NCBI GenBank assembly: GCA_045659745.1
Contig: JAZRCL010000094.1
Location: 1-54,403, forward strand
Reading direction: 5' to 3'
Source of the DNA: Eubacteriales bacterium
GTDB taxonomy: Bacteria; Bacillota; Clostridia; Oscillospirales; CAG-272
Length of the DNA stretch: 54,403 nt
This document shows positions 29,094-38,227 of this stretch, one piece after another (the stretch's first letter is position 1; every line of letters starts with the position of its first letter). Made by a program: the position numbers and the translations under genes. The notes beneath the pieces were generated by a model, which had not been told where the DNA came from, searched no databases, and worked only from the letters and a program-made list of their open reading frames with translations.

Positions 29094-30125
29094 ATGAATA
29101 ATACGTTTACGTCAATAGTCGGCAACAATACCCTGTGCTCAAGACTTGCTCGTGCTGTAAACAATAACTCCCTCTCCCACGCGTACATTATCGAGGGTAG
29201 CGTCGGCAGCGGCAGACATACCATCGCACTTCAGACAATTGCCGCCATGTCCTGCGCTCAGAAAAACACTCCGGGTGCAAATCTCCCCTGTGAAAAATGC
29301 ATATCATGCAGAAAAATACTTGAAGGCCGCTCTCCTGACGTCATTCGCATAGCTCCCGAGGAGGACAGAGTAAGCATCAGCGTTGATGCTATAAGGTTTC
29401 TCAAAAACGATATATATCTGCCGCCGACCGATCTTTCTGTGAAAGCGTATATTATTGACCCCGCGGATGCTATGACAACTCAGGCGCAGAACGCGTTTTT
29501 GCTTTCCCTTGAAGAACCGCCCGAATACGTGCTTTTCTTCCTAATATGCGAAAATTCCTCTGCTCTGCTTGAAACAGTTAAGAGCCGCGCGCCTATTATG
29601 CGAACAGAAAAAATATCCCGAGAGGATATTGAGGCATATATTTTAAGCAACAATCGCAAGGCGGTTGAGCTCAAGGCGCAATCTCCGGAGGAGTTTGCGG
29701 AAATGATATGCGCCGCCGACGGAAGTATAGGATGTGCGCTGTCCCTGCTTGATGCAAGAAAGCGCAAGCAAATACTTGAAAACCGCAGAATTGCCAAGGA
29801 TTTTATAAGCCTTGCGTCAGGAAAACTCAATCGCGACAAGCTTGAGCTTGCGTCTTCGCTTGGATCAAAGCGTCACGAGATATGCGACAGACTTTATTAC
29901 ATCCAGAATGCTCTGCGCGATCTGCTCTTGCTCAAAAAAAGCGACGATGCTCCTCTCTGCTTTTACGCAGACAGAGAGCAGGCGTGCGAGCTTGCAACCC
30001 ACTTTACCTCCAAAAAGCTTCTCAAGCTGTTTGGAGCGACCGAGCAGGCTATCGACGATCTTTCTCGAAATTCAAATGTGAAGCTAACAACTGTAAATAT
30101 GCTCAAAAATTCAGAGCTTATCTGA
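29094..30125 (+). CDS. holB: DNA polymerase III delta-prime subunit
   Basis: LSHAYIIEGSVGSGRHT P-loop-like motif, Zn module CEKCISCRKI, and SRAPIMRT sensor motif. Followed by ricT as in Bacillus. Confidence 0.85.
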   Translation: MNNTFTSIVGNNTLCSRLARAVNNNSLSHAYIIEGSVGSGRHTIALQTIAAMSCAQKNTPGANLPCEKCISCRKILEGRSPDVIRIAPEEDRVSISVDAIRFLKNDIYLPPTDLSVKAYIIDPADAMTTQAQNAFLLSLEEPPEYVLFFLICENSSALLETVKSRAPIMRTEKISREDIEAYILSNNRKAVELKAQSPEEFAEMICAADGSIGCALSLLDARKRKQILENRRIAKDFISLASGKLNRDKLELASSLGSKRHEICDRLYYIQNALRDLLLLKKSDDAPLCFYADREQACELATHFTSKKLLKLFGATEQAIDDLSRNSNVKLTTVNMLKNSELI

Positions 30126-30141
30126 AAACGAAAGGATAATT

Positions 30142-31206
30142 ATGGATTCAAATAACAACAATTTCTCAAACCAGCAAAGTAAAAAACGCCACAAAAAGCC
30201 TTATTATAAAAAGCGCAAGCACAACAAGCCCACAGATGCGCAGACGCAGAATGTCGAGCAGGTCAAGGATTTCGAGCTTGATGCGGCAATAGCTGAGGAG
30301 GATATGTTCTCTCCAGATATTGATTGCGACACTCCCGAGGTGACAATCAGCATAAGCACGGACGACACTCCCAGAATTCACGTTGCTGGCGTCAGATTCA
30401 AGGCAAACGGCAAGATATATTTCTTTGACAGAAACGGAATCGACGTGCGCGATGGATCATACGTTATAGTTGAAACCGCGCGCGGACCTGAGTTTGGCGA
30501 GGTCGCTTTTGGTGACAAGGAGGTTCCCGAGACGTCACTCGTGCTTCCCCTTCGCCCCGTTTTGCGTATAGCAACCAAGGAGGATAAGGCTCACAACGAC
30601 GAAAACAAGCGTCGCGAGCAGGAGGCCTTCTCCATCTGTCTTGAAAAAATACAAAAGCACGAGCTTGATATGAAGCTCGTTGAGGCGCAGTACACCTTTG
30701 ACAACTCTAAGCTTCTTTTCTATTTCACAAGTGCGGGACGTGTTGACTTCCGTGAGCTTGTAAAGGATCTTGCAGGCGTTTTCAAAACGAGAATAGAGCT
30801 CCGCCAGATAGGTATTCGTGACGAGGCGAAGATAATGGGCGGTCTTGGCGCTTGCGGCAGACCTCTTTGCTGCACAACATTTTTGTCCGACTTCGTTCAG
30901 GTGTCAATAAAAATGGCAAAGGAGCAAAATCTATCACTCAATTCGGGCAAGATCTCGGGCTGCTGCGGCAGACTTATGTGCTGCTTGCAGTACGAATATT
31001 CCACCTACGAGGAGGAAGCGGCGAAAACTCCCGCAGTCGATTCCAAGGTGAAAACTCCCGACGGCATTGGCATCGTCACCGAGGTAATAACCCTGGCAGG
31101 CAAGATAAAGGTGCGTCTTGACGACCACCCCGACGTAGCCCCCAAGACCTTCCACCGAGATGAAGTCAAAGTGCTTTCCCGTCCTGAACGCAAGGAAGAA
31201 AAATAA
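30142..31206 (+). CDS. ricT: PSP1-domain protein RicT (YaaT) with ~75-aa low-complexity N-terminal extension
   Basis: PSP1 C-terminal domain with cysteine pairs GACGRPLCC and GCCGRLMCCL. Conserved position after holB. Confidence 0.85.
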   Translation: MDSNNNNFSNQQSKKRHKKPYYKKRKHNKPTDAQTQNVEQVKDFELDAAIAEEDMFSPDIDCDTPEVTISISTDDTPRIHVAGVRFKANGKIYFFDRNGIDVRDGSYVIVETARGPEFGEVAFGDKEVPETSLVLPLRPVLRIATKEDKAHNDENKRREQEAFSICLEKIQKHELDMKLVEAQYTFDNSKLLFYFTSAGRVDFRELVKDLAGVFKTRIELRQIGIRDEAKIMGGLGACGRPLCCTTFLSDFVQVSIKMAKEQNLSLNSGKISGCCGRLMCCLQYEYSTYEEEAAKTPAVDSKVKTPDGIGIVTEVITLAGKIKVRLDDHPDVAPKTFHRDEVKVLSRPERKEEK

Positions 31207-31242
31207 AATTTATTAAAAAGACAAAAAAATTTCAATTAGGTG

Positions 31243-31271
31243 TTGAAATAATTGAATTTTTGTGATACAAT
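31243..31271 (+). promoter_or_regulatory. Sigma-A promoter of the ferredoxin gene
   Basis: TTGAAA, 17 nt, TGaTACAAT, 37 nt upstream of the ATG. Confidence 0.6.
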
Positions 31272-31307
31272 GTACTCGTAAAATATTTTTAACGGAGGAA
31301 AAATACT

Positions 31308-31478
31308 ATGGCATACAAGATTACCGAAGATTGCATCGCTTGTGGCGCTTGTGCAGCAGACTGTCCCGTTGAGGCTATCGCTGAGGGCGACGGTGTATAT
31401 GTAATTGATGCAGACAAGTGCATCGATTGCGGAAACTGTGCAGACACCTGCCCCGTAGGTGCACCCGTTCAGGCATAA
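31308..31478 (+). CDS. fdx: Clostridial-type 2x[4Fe-4S] ferredoxin (56 aa)
   Basis: Not in the ORF track (<60 aa). Translation is MAYKITEDCIACGACAADCPVEAIAEGDGVYVIDADKCIDCGNCADTCPVGAPVQA, with two CxxCxxCxxxCP motifs. GGAGG lies 9 nt upstream. Confidence 0.92.
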   Translation: MAYKITEDCIACGACAADCPVEAIAEGDGVYVIDADKCIDCGNCADTCPVGAPVQA

Positions 31479-31485
31479 TTACTTA

Positions 31486-31520
31486 GTTTACGCCGAGTTT
31501 ACACTCGGCGTAAACTTTTA
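31486..31520 (+). terminator. Rho-independent terminator after the ferredoxin gene
   Basis: 13-bp perfect stem GTTTACGCCGAGT / ACTCGGCGTAAAC, 4-nt loop, then TTTTA. Confidence 0.85.
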
Positions 31521-31533
31521 GATGGAGAAAATT

Positions 31534-32301
31534 ATGAATTTGCAGAACAGTTCTGTTAAAATAAATGAAAATCTTACTCTGTCGCAGGACAACCGAGGGC
31601 TGACCTTTGGCACGGACGCGTATCTTCTTGCGGCGTTTGTTTCGAGCGGTTCTAAAAAGCGCGCGGCAGACCTTGGAAGCGGTACGGGTGTTATCTCGCT
31701 TTTATGTCAGTCAAGAGATAAGTTCTCACACGTGTACGCGATTGAGGTTCAGGAAAGCTTTGCGGCTCTTATCGAGCAAAACGTAAGGGAAAATCAACTT
31801 GACGGCAAAATAACCGCCATACACTCAGACCTGCGGGATATACGCTCTGCCGACACGGACGGAGAGCTTGACTGCGTCTTTGCCAATCCCCCGTATATGA
31901 AGGCAGACTCAGGCAAACGCAATCAGCACGATGAGAAATTTATCGCGCGCCACGAGGTCTTTGGCGGAATTGAGGATTTCTGCGCCTGCGCATATAGACT
32001 TCTCAAGCACGGCGGTAAATTCTGCACCGTCTGGCGTCCCGACAGGCTCACCGACCTCTTATGCGCTCTGCGCGCAAACAGACTAGAGCCAAAGGTTATT
32101 ATATTTGTTCACGCATACCCCTCCGCTCCTCCGTCAATGGTCATAACCGAGGCGGTAAAGGGTGGCGCATCGGGAAACAAGCTGTACCCACCGCTTTATC
32201 TGTCGGACAGCCCCACAGACAGCAAAAAGAGTATCCTTTCAGCAGATGCAAAAACAATATACGACACCTGCTCGTTTGATGCCTTCCTCGGCAAAAAATA
32301 A
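31534..32301 (+). CDS. SAM-dependent methyltransferase, tRNA1(Val) (adenine37-N6)-methyltransferase-like (YabB/TrmN6 family)
   Basis: DLGSGTGVISL SAM motif and NPPY catalytic motif (FANPPYM). The ATG at 31534 has GGAG 6 nt upstream. The ATG at 31522 abuts the terminator. Confidence 0.65.
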   Translation: MNLQNSSVKINENLTLSQDNRGLTFGTDAYLLAAFVSSGSKKRAADLGSGTGVISLLCQSRDKFSHVYAIEVQESFAALIEQNVRENQLDGKITAIHSDLRDIRSADTDGELDCVFANPPYMKADSGKRNQHDEKFIARHEVFGGIEDFCACAYRLLKHGGKFCTVWRPDRLTDLLCALRANRLEPKVIIFVHAYPSAPPSMVITEAVKGGASGNKLYPPLYLSDSPTDSKKSILSADAKTIYDTCSFDAFLGKK

Positions 32302-32334
32302 TCGGGATATACTCCCGCAAAGTTAGGACAAGAT

Positions 32335-33114
32335 ATGGAAAATATGAAGAGCGTCTTGAGCTATACAAGACGCGCAATAGATGATTATTCAATGATAAAC
32401 GAGGGCGACAAGATCGCCGTTGGCGTATCCGCGGGAAAGGACTCCCTTACCCTGCTCTGCGCTATGGCGTATCTGCGCCGCTTTTATCCCAAAAAATTTG
32501 AGCTTATCGCAATAACTATTGATATGGGATTTGAGCCTAAGCAGGACTTCTCGGCTATCAAGGAGCTGTGCGACAAGCTGAACGTGGAATACCACGTAAT
32601 ACCCACAGAAATATCCAAGATAATTTTTGACGTAAGAAAAGAAAAAAATCCCTGCTCCCTCTGTGCTAAAATGCGCCGCGGCGCGCTCAATAATGCGGCA
32701 AAGGAGCTTGGATGCACGACCGTCGCGCTCGGACATCATTTTGACGACGTTGTCGAGACCTTTATGCTCAATCTGTTTTTCGAGGGCAGACTTGGATGCT
32801 TCTCTCCCGTCACGTACCTTTCGCGCGTGGATATAAGTGTCATCAGACCTATGATATATATGCCCGAAAAGGACGTTTCGGAATTCTCCCGTAAAAATTC
32901 TCTGCCCGTCATCTCCTCTCCCTGCCCCGCAGACAAGACCACCGAGCGCGAGGAAATGAAGACCCTGCTCCGCACTCTTGAAAGACAAAACAAGGGGCTT
33001 CGCTACCGCATTTTCGGCGCGATATGCCGCAGCGAGATAGACGGCTTCAGAGACGCCGGAAAAATGGACGGAATAAAGAAATATTCCGACCAGGACACGG
33101 ATACCGAGGCGTAA
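32335..33114 (+). CDS. PP-loop ATPase, tRNA 2-thiocytidine biosynthesis TtcA-like
   Basis: PP-loop VGVSAGKDSLTL, CSLCAKMRRG motif, and second cysteine motif SPCPAD. Confidence 0.7.
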   Translation: MENMKSVLSYTRRAIDDYSMINEGDKIAVGVSAGKDSLTLLCAMAYLRRFYPKKFELIAITIDMGFEPKQDFSAIKELCDKLNVEYHVIPTEISKIIFDVRKEKNPCSLCAKMRRGALNNAAKELGCTTVALGHHFDDVVETFMLNLFFEGRLGCFSPVTYLSRVDISVIRPMIYMPEKDVSEFSRKNSLPVISSPCPADKTTEREEMKTLLRTLERQNKGLRYRIFGAICRSEIDGFRDAGKMDGIKKYSDQDTDTEA

Positions 33115-33203
33115 TATCCCGCAAGCCCACAAAAATCACAAAAACCTGAAAAATTTTATGTAAAATTTTTTCGTATTTGCGACAACTTTTTTCAAAAAAA
33201 TAC

Positions 33204-33232
33204 TGTACAATAAAATAATTTTGTGATAAAAT
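33204..33232 (+). promoter_or_regulatory. Candidate promoter of purC
   Basis: TGTACA, 17 nt, TGaTAAAAT, ~60 nt upstream of the ATG. No purine-riboswitch-like sequence is evident in the leader. Confidence 0.4.
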
Positions 33233-33291
33233 AATTACGTTATATTTTGTCGCTCAAGGGCGATTTCAAAGAAAGGTAAGGTCATAAAAAA

Positions 33292-33990
33292 ATGAAGAAG
33301 CTTTACACAGGAAAAACCAAGGATGTTTATGAGCTTGAAAATGGCAACGTACTTTTGAAGTTCAAGGATGACTGCACGGGTAAGGACGGCGTGTTCGATC
33401 CCGGTGAAAACTCAGTAGGTCTTACCATTGAAGGTATCGGCAGAGCAAATCTTGAGACCTCTGTTCACTACTTTGAATTGCTCAAGGCGGCAGGAATAAA
33501 GACGCACTACGTCTCTGCAAACGTTGAAGACGCTACAATGGAAGTTCTCCCCGCAGAGTGCTTCGGTAAGGCGCAGGGCGGCGGCGGACTTGAGGTTATT
33601 TGCCGTCTCGTAGCTACCGGTAGCTTTATCCGCAGATACGGCGAGTACATAAAGAACGGCACCCGCATCCCCAATGGATACGTTGAGTGCACCTTCAAGA
33701 ATGACGAAAAGGGCGATCCGCTCGTCACAGGTGAGGGCCTTGAGGTTCTTGGCGTTATGTCCCCCGAGATGTTCACAGAGATGAAAAAGCAGACTCTCGC
33801 TATCACAAAGATAGTTGCAGACGACCTCGCTTCCATCGGTCTCGACCTTTGGGATATCAAGTTTGAGTTCGGCTACAACAACGGCGAGGTGGTTCTCATC
33901 GACGAGATCGCTTCCGGCAACATGAGAGTTTACAAGGGCGACACAATCGTTGAGCCCGTTGAGCTTACAAAGCTTATTCTTAATAGATAA
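33292..33990 (+). CDS. purC: Phosphoribosylaminoimidazole-succinocarboxamide (SAICAR) synthase
   Basis: [27 protein letters not shown]..., LEVICR, VLIDEI motifs typical of PurC. Confidence 0.92.
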   Translation: MKKLYTGKTKDVYELENGNVLLKFKDDCTGKDGVFDPGENSVGLTIEGIGRANLETSVHYFELLKAAGIKTHYVSANVEDATMEVLPAECFGKAQGGGGLEVICRLVATGSFIRRYGEYIKNGTRIPNGYVECTFKNDEKGDPLVTGEGLEVLGVMSPEMFTEMKKQTLAITKIVADDLASIGLDLWDIKFEFGYNNGEVVLIDEIASGNMRVYKGDTIVEPVELTKLILNR

Positions 33991-34002
33991 TATATAGACA
34001 AA

Positions 34003-34030
34003 GGCTCTGTCACATATGGCAGAGCTTTTT
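34003..34030 (+). terminator. Rho-independent terminator after purC
   Basis: GGCTCTGTCA..TGGCAGAGC hairpin followed by TTTTTGCTTTTT. Confidence 0.7.
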
Positions 34031-34046
34031 GCTTTTTCCCCGCGCA

Positions 34047-34075
34047 TTGACAAACTATGTTGTATATGGTATAAT
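34047..34075 (+). promoter_or_regulatory. Sigma-A promoter of the lipoprotein gene
   Basis: TTGACA, 17 nt, TGgTATAAT. Confidence 0.7.
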
Positions 34076-34108
34076 TAAGGTGAACAAAAAAACGAGGAGG
34101 TCAATATT

Positions 34109-35536
34109 ATGAAAAAAGCATTATTTAAGATTTTATCCCTTATTCTTGCGTTGACTTTGATGTCATTAGTATTTGTGTCTTGTGACTATAAAAAAGAAAA
34201 AGAAGAAAATAGCTTGATGAAGCTTGATGAGGATGAGCGCGCAATAGCCGTGTACAAACGCGCAGATGAAAATATGTCAGCCGCAACGTCATATAATTCC
34301 ACATCCGAAATGGACTTCTCGTTTTCAATCAGTGGGGTAATGTACAACATAGAAGGCAATGCGTACGAAACATATTGTATGGATACTCCAACCGGGCTTT
34401 ACCACGTCACTGAAACCACAATGTACATGAATACTCAGGGGGCTTCCGAAAAAGAGGAGAATTCATATGTCAATGGGTATTACGACGGCAAGATGTTCAC
34501 AAATGAAGACGGATCCGCCAGATATGACAACATAAGCCCAGAGGAATATATCGAATATACAAAAGAAGAGTCCGTAATTGATATTACTGATATAGATTAT
34601 GAGCTCTGCGGCAAAAAGAAATGTACAAAGAATAGCGATAGCACATGGGAAGTTGAGTTCTGTGAATTTGATCGCGACAGTCTTCTTCCATTTAATGAAT
34701 ATCTTACAACCCTTAGCGGTGTATTTGACACCAATATCGAGGATGTACAGATAAAGATGTCTATATCCGATGACTTTTATATTAATGAGGCAAGCATAGT
34801 CTTTGTATTTATGGACGACCACAGCGGCACTGTGCTGTCAATTAAATCCACGTTCAGCAATATAAACGCCGTCGATAAGGATAACCTCAATATTGTAGAT
34901 CTATCCGAATATCAGCACATCCCCAATTTCCCTGCGATTTCAAAAACACAGAGTGCGATACAAAATACATCTATATCCAAAGCTATAAGCTTTGAGGTTT
35001 CAGTATACGAAACAATTAAACAAAACAATTATAGTATCTCCAGTATAACTACCTTCAAGGGAGAATTTCACAACGACGCAACTCAAGGCATCAGCTTCAA
35101 TTATACACAAACAAAAGATGACACTAAGGACTATTACGTATTCGAATATTCAAAAGGTGTCTTGACGATCACATTAAAAGGATCAGATGGAACGGTTAAG
35201 GATAAGTCCCAGCAATCAACGACTTATTCAGAGGCAAATAACGTAATAATGTCATTTGTAGATCCTATGAAATTCCAATCGTTAGATATCTACAGTGCAG
35301 AAAAATATACAAAAAATTATTTTGATTTTGATATAGACAATTCATCTCCGACTTTTATTGATACAGCATATACCGCTGTACACGGAACATCCTCAAATCT
35401 CGAAGTGAAACTGAAGGATAATATATTAAGTAATTACGAATATAAAGCTTACGGCAACTCAGATATCGGGGCCATCAGTGTTGAGATTCGTATCATAGGC
35501 GAGTTTGCAGTAATTTCTTCTTCCGATAATATGTAA
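34109..35536 (+). CDS. Lipoprotein of unknown function
   Basis: Signal peptide with lipobox MKKALFKILSLILALTLMSLVFVSC. The mature part is Asn/Ser/Thr/Tyr-rich and I recognise no motif in it. GAGGAGG RBS. Confidence 0.7.
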   Translation: MKKALFKILSLILALTLMSLVFVSCDYKKEKEENSLMKLDEDERAIAVYKRADENMSAATSYNSTSEMDFSFSISGVMYNIEGNAYETYCMDTPTGLYHVTETTMYMNTQGASEKEENSYVNGYYDGKMFTNEDGSARYDNISPEEYIEYTKEESVIDITDIDYELCGKKKCTKNSDSTWEVEFCEFDRDSLLPFNEYLTTLSGVFDTNIEDVQIKMSISDDFYINEASIVFVFMDDHSGTVLSIKSTFSNINAVDKDNLNIVDLSEYQHIPNFPAISKTQSAIQNTSISKAISFEVSVYETIKQNNYSISSITTFKGEFHNDATQGISFNYTQTKDDTKDYYVFEYSKGVLTITLKGSDGTVKDKSQQSTTYSEANNVIMSFVDPMKFQSLDIYSAEKYTKNYFDFDIDNSSPTFIDTAYTAVHGTSSNLEVKLKDNILSNYEYKAYGNSDIGAISVEIRIIGEFAVISSSDNM

Positions 35537-35543
35537 AACAATC

Positions 35544-35575
35544 AAAAATCCCGGCTCATCAGAGTCGGGATTTTT
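35544..35575. terminator. Bidirectional terminator between convergent genes
   Basis: AAAAATCCCGGCTC / GAGTCGGGATTTTT hairpin (one G-U pair) flanked by an A-run and a T-run. It lies between stops at 35536 and 35594. Confidence 0.8.
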
Positions 35576-35593
35576 CATAGTGATATCAAATCT

Positions 35594-36892
35594 TCAAAAC
35601 ATCTTATCATCCGTCGCAGGATTGTCAATAAGCTGACCGTCCTGTGTAAAGCGCGAGCCGTGGCAGGGACAGTCCCACGTATGCTCTGCTCTGTTGTATT
35701 TCAGAACGCACCCCAAGTGAGGACACCGTGGCGCCGTAGGTGTCACCCAGCCGAGCAAAGACTCCCCAAGATTGCAGAGGAGCTGTGTGCGGAGCATACT
35801 TCTTGACGGTGAGAACACCTCTGCATACTTGTTTTCTCTCTCAAGCACCATATCCGTAAGCATCATAGCCGAGAGCATGGCATTCGTCATCCCCCACTTG
35901 TTAAATCCCGTGGCGACGTAAAGATTGTCCGCGCCAAGCGAATACTGCCCTATATACGGAACACCGTCAAGCGTCATGCAGTCCTGCGTTGCCCATCTGT
36001 GCGTAATTTTGGCATTGGGATAGTGTTTTTTGACGAAATCTTCAAGCTCGTTATAGCCGCCTCCCTGCTTTCCCGTGCGGTGACTTCCTCCGCCGAGCAG
36101 AAGATACTCCCCATAGTCACGGAAAGAAAGCCCCTTTTTATCCGCGTCAACGTACATTCCGCCCACCTTATCCGCGCCCGAGAGAGTCAGCACGTACGAG
36201 CGGTGCTGATACATCTTTACAAAATACAATCCGTGCTTGTTGATTATAGGAAAATGCGTCGCCATAATTATTTTCTTGGCTTTTATTTTTCCCCGGTTTG
36301 TAAACACTCCGTCGGGCGAAAATTCCAGAGCCTTGGTCCGCTCAAATATGTTAAGCCCACGGCATATATGCGACACAAATTTTAGTGGGTCAAACTGCGC
36401 CTGATTATCTATCCTGACCGCGCCCACAGTCTCCACAGGTAAATCAATATTCTTTTCAAAATATGCCTTGATGCCTATTTTTTCAAACGCCCTCGTCTCG
36501 TCCTCTATCACCCTTAAATTGTTTGTTGAATATACAAAAGACGGTTGATTCTCAAAATCGCAGTCAATATCGCAGCACATATCTCTGTACTTCACAAGCG
36601 CGTCGTTCTGCGCCTCAAAATACAGCCGTGCCTTCTCAACGCCGAACTTTTTTATAAGCTCGTAGCACAAAAGTCCGTGCTGTATAGTTATCTTCGCCGT
36701 GGTATTTTTAGTCACACCGCCACATATCCTGTCCGCCTCAATCAGCGCGTAGTTGACACCCGCATCGTGAAGGCTTTTTGCGCACAAAACGCCCGAGAGT
36801 CCTCCGCCCACGATAAGCATGTCAACGGATATGTCTCCGTCAAGCGCGTCAAATTTCGGTATTTTTGAATTTTCACTCCATATAGACTCCAT
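35594..36892 (-). CDS. FAD-dependent oxidoreductase fused to a C-terminal Rieske [2Fe-2S] domain (YhfW-like)
   Basis: Dinucleotide fold MLIVGGGLSGVLCA and Rieske motifs CPHLGC ... CPCHGSRF. The ATG at 36892 (MESIWSE) has GGAGG 6 nt upstream; the upstream part of the track ORF is non-coding. Confidence 0.8.
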   Translation of the reverse strand: MESIWSENSKIPKFDALDGDISVDMLIVGGGLSGVLCAKSLHDAGVNYALIEADRICGGVTKNTTAKITIQHGLLCYELIKKFGVEKARLYFEAQNDALVKYRDMCCDIDCDFENQPSFVYSTNNLRVIEDETRAFEKIGIKAYFEKNIDLPVETVGAVRIDNQAQFDPLKFVSHICRGLNIFERTKALEFSPDGVFTNRGKIKAKKIIMATHFPIINKHGLYFVKMYQHRSYVLTLSGADKVGGMYVDADKKGLSFRDYGEYLLLGGGSHRTGKQGGGYNELEDFVKKHYPNAKITHRWATQDCMTLDGVPYIGQYSLGADNLYVATGFNKWGMTNAMLSAMMLTDMVLERENKYAEVFSPSRSMLRTQLLCNLGESLLGWVTPTAPRCPHLGCVLKYNRAEHTWDCPCHGSRFTQDGQLIDNPATDDKMF

Positions 36893-36974
36893 TCTACGCC
36901 TCCAAGCTTTACTCTGCTTTATTATGCGTAGAATTTTGAGAAAATATAAGTTTTTCGAACTGTCAAAAAATATC

Positions 36975-37001
36975 AAAAAAGCACCCCGAGGGGTGCTTTT
37001 T
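36975..37001 (-). terminator. Terminator copy 1 of the AAAAGCACCCCGAGGGGTGCTTTT element
   Basis: GCACCC / GGGTGC stem extended by A/T runs, 29 nt after the hydrolase stop. Confidence 0.85.
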
Positions 37002-37029
37002 ACGTTAGCATATTATTTTGATATCAAAA

Positions 37030-38091
37030 TCATCCACAGCAATACTCGTCGTACATTTCAAGTATCCGCGCCATAAGCTCGGCGTCAGGCTCAAAGCATA
37101 ATTTCTTGTCAAGATGTTCATTCATAAACTCTGCCTTAGTCTCGGCGTGATATTTTTTGCCGTTTTCCTCAACGTAACGCTTATAGTCGGCGTTCAGTTG
37201 CTCGCGGTACTCAGCCGACTCATCCGAATAGAAAATATAATCGTGTCCTCTGTCCTCGTAAAACACAAACTCAAATCTGTCGTTATCGCCAAAGACTTCG
37301 TACATCTTGTCGTAGCCGTACTCGGCGGGCACGGTTGTGTCCTGCCCTCCGTGTATTATCATCACGCCAGTGTCACAGCTCTGCATCGCCCGGGTAGCCG
37401 ACATATCGGCATATTCCTTGCCAAACTTCAGCTTTTCATACGCGTCAAGATAAAGCATGCCGAAGCCCACAGTGGGACCCGCGTATTTTCCGCCCTGATA
37501 GGAAAGCATATCCTCGCTTTCGTTAAAGCCCGCGACTATCACCGCCGCCTTGACGTCGGGGTGAAACGCGAGCACGTTGCCCGCCGAATATCCGCCCCAG
37601 CTATGCCCGAACAGCACTATCGGAAGCTGGCTATATTCCTCAAGGGTCTTTACGTGACATAACGCGCTGTCAAGATCGATAAGTCCTTGCGGCAAGCCTC
37701 GGACCGTTCTTCCGCCGCTCTCGTCGTTGCCGCGCGCATCGTAGGCGAATACGTAATATCCATTCTCGGTAAAGCAATCAATAAACGGCATATAGGTATT
37801 GTGCCCTCCGCCGCCAAGTCCGTGCGCTATCACAACGACACCCTTGACTGTATCACTATTCTTTGAGTATTTGTAGCCTGCGAGAGTTGCGCCGTCCGAG
37901 ACAAAATCACTTCTCTCCACCGCCAAGCCCTCAAAATCCTCAACCGAATACTCAAGCCATTCGGCAGTTTCATACCGAGCGCCGAAAATGACCTCGTATA
38001 TTATCACGGTGGAAAGAGGCATGAAAACAAGCAAAAAAGCCAGCGGAACACTCACGGCAATTATAATCAGCCGTTTTTTGCTCTTTGACAT
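37030..38091 (-). CDS. Membrane-anchored alpha/beta hydrolase (serine hydrolase)
   Basis: N-terminal TM, HG oxyanion motif VVIAHGLGGG, nucleophile elbow GHSWGG, and late D/H (IIHGGQD, RGHDY). Confidence 0.8.
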   Translation of the reverse strand: MSKSKKRLIIIAVSVPLAFLLVFMPLSTVIIYEVIFGARYETAEWLEYSVEDFEGLAVERSDFVSDGATLAGYKYSKNSDTVKGVVVIAHGLGGGGHNTYMPFIDCFTENGYYVFAYDARGNDESGGRTVRGLPQGLIDLDSALCHVKTLEEYSQLPIVLFGHSWGGYSAGNVLAFHPDVKAAVIVAGFNESEDMLSYQGGKYAGPTVGFGMLYLDAYEKLKFGKEYADMSATRAMQSCDTGVMIIHGGQDTTVPAEYGYDKMYEVFGDNDRFEFVFYEDRGHDYIFYSDESAEYREQLNADYKRYVEENGKKYHAETKAEFMNEHLDKKLCFEPDAELMARILEMYDEYCCG

Positions 38092-38129
38092 ACCCTCACC
38101 GCCTTTTACTAAATCATTTCTTTATAATT

Positions 38130-38158
38130 ATTTTACCACGAATGTGGCGGCGAGTCAA
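38130..38158 (-). promoter_or_regulatory. Sigma-A promoter of the hydrolase gene
   Basis: Minus strand TTGACT, 17 nt, TGgTAAAAT. Confidence 0.65.
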
Positions 38159-38199
38159 GAAAATTTCAATTTTACTTGTATAATAAATAATTCCAATAC

Positions 38200-38223
38200 A
38201 AAAGCACCCCGAGGGGTGCTTTT
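38200..38223 (-). terminator. Terminator copy 2 of the AAAAGCACCCCGAGGGGTGCTTTT element
   Basis: Core identical to copy 1, 5 nt after the stop at 38228. Confidence 0.85.
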
Positions 38224-38227
38224 ATAT

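Noticed and set aside
33115-33291. Expected a purine riboswitch or PurR box in front of purC.
   Set aside because: The leader is AT-rich, with only a trivial 5-bp hairpin. It has none of the conserved purine-riboswitch junction sequences and no convincing PurBox.
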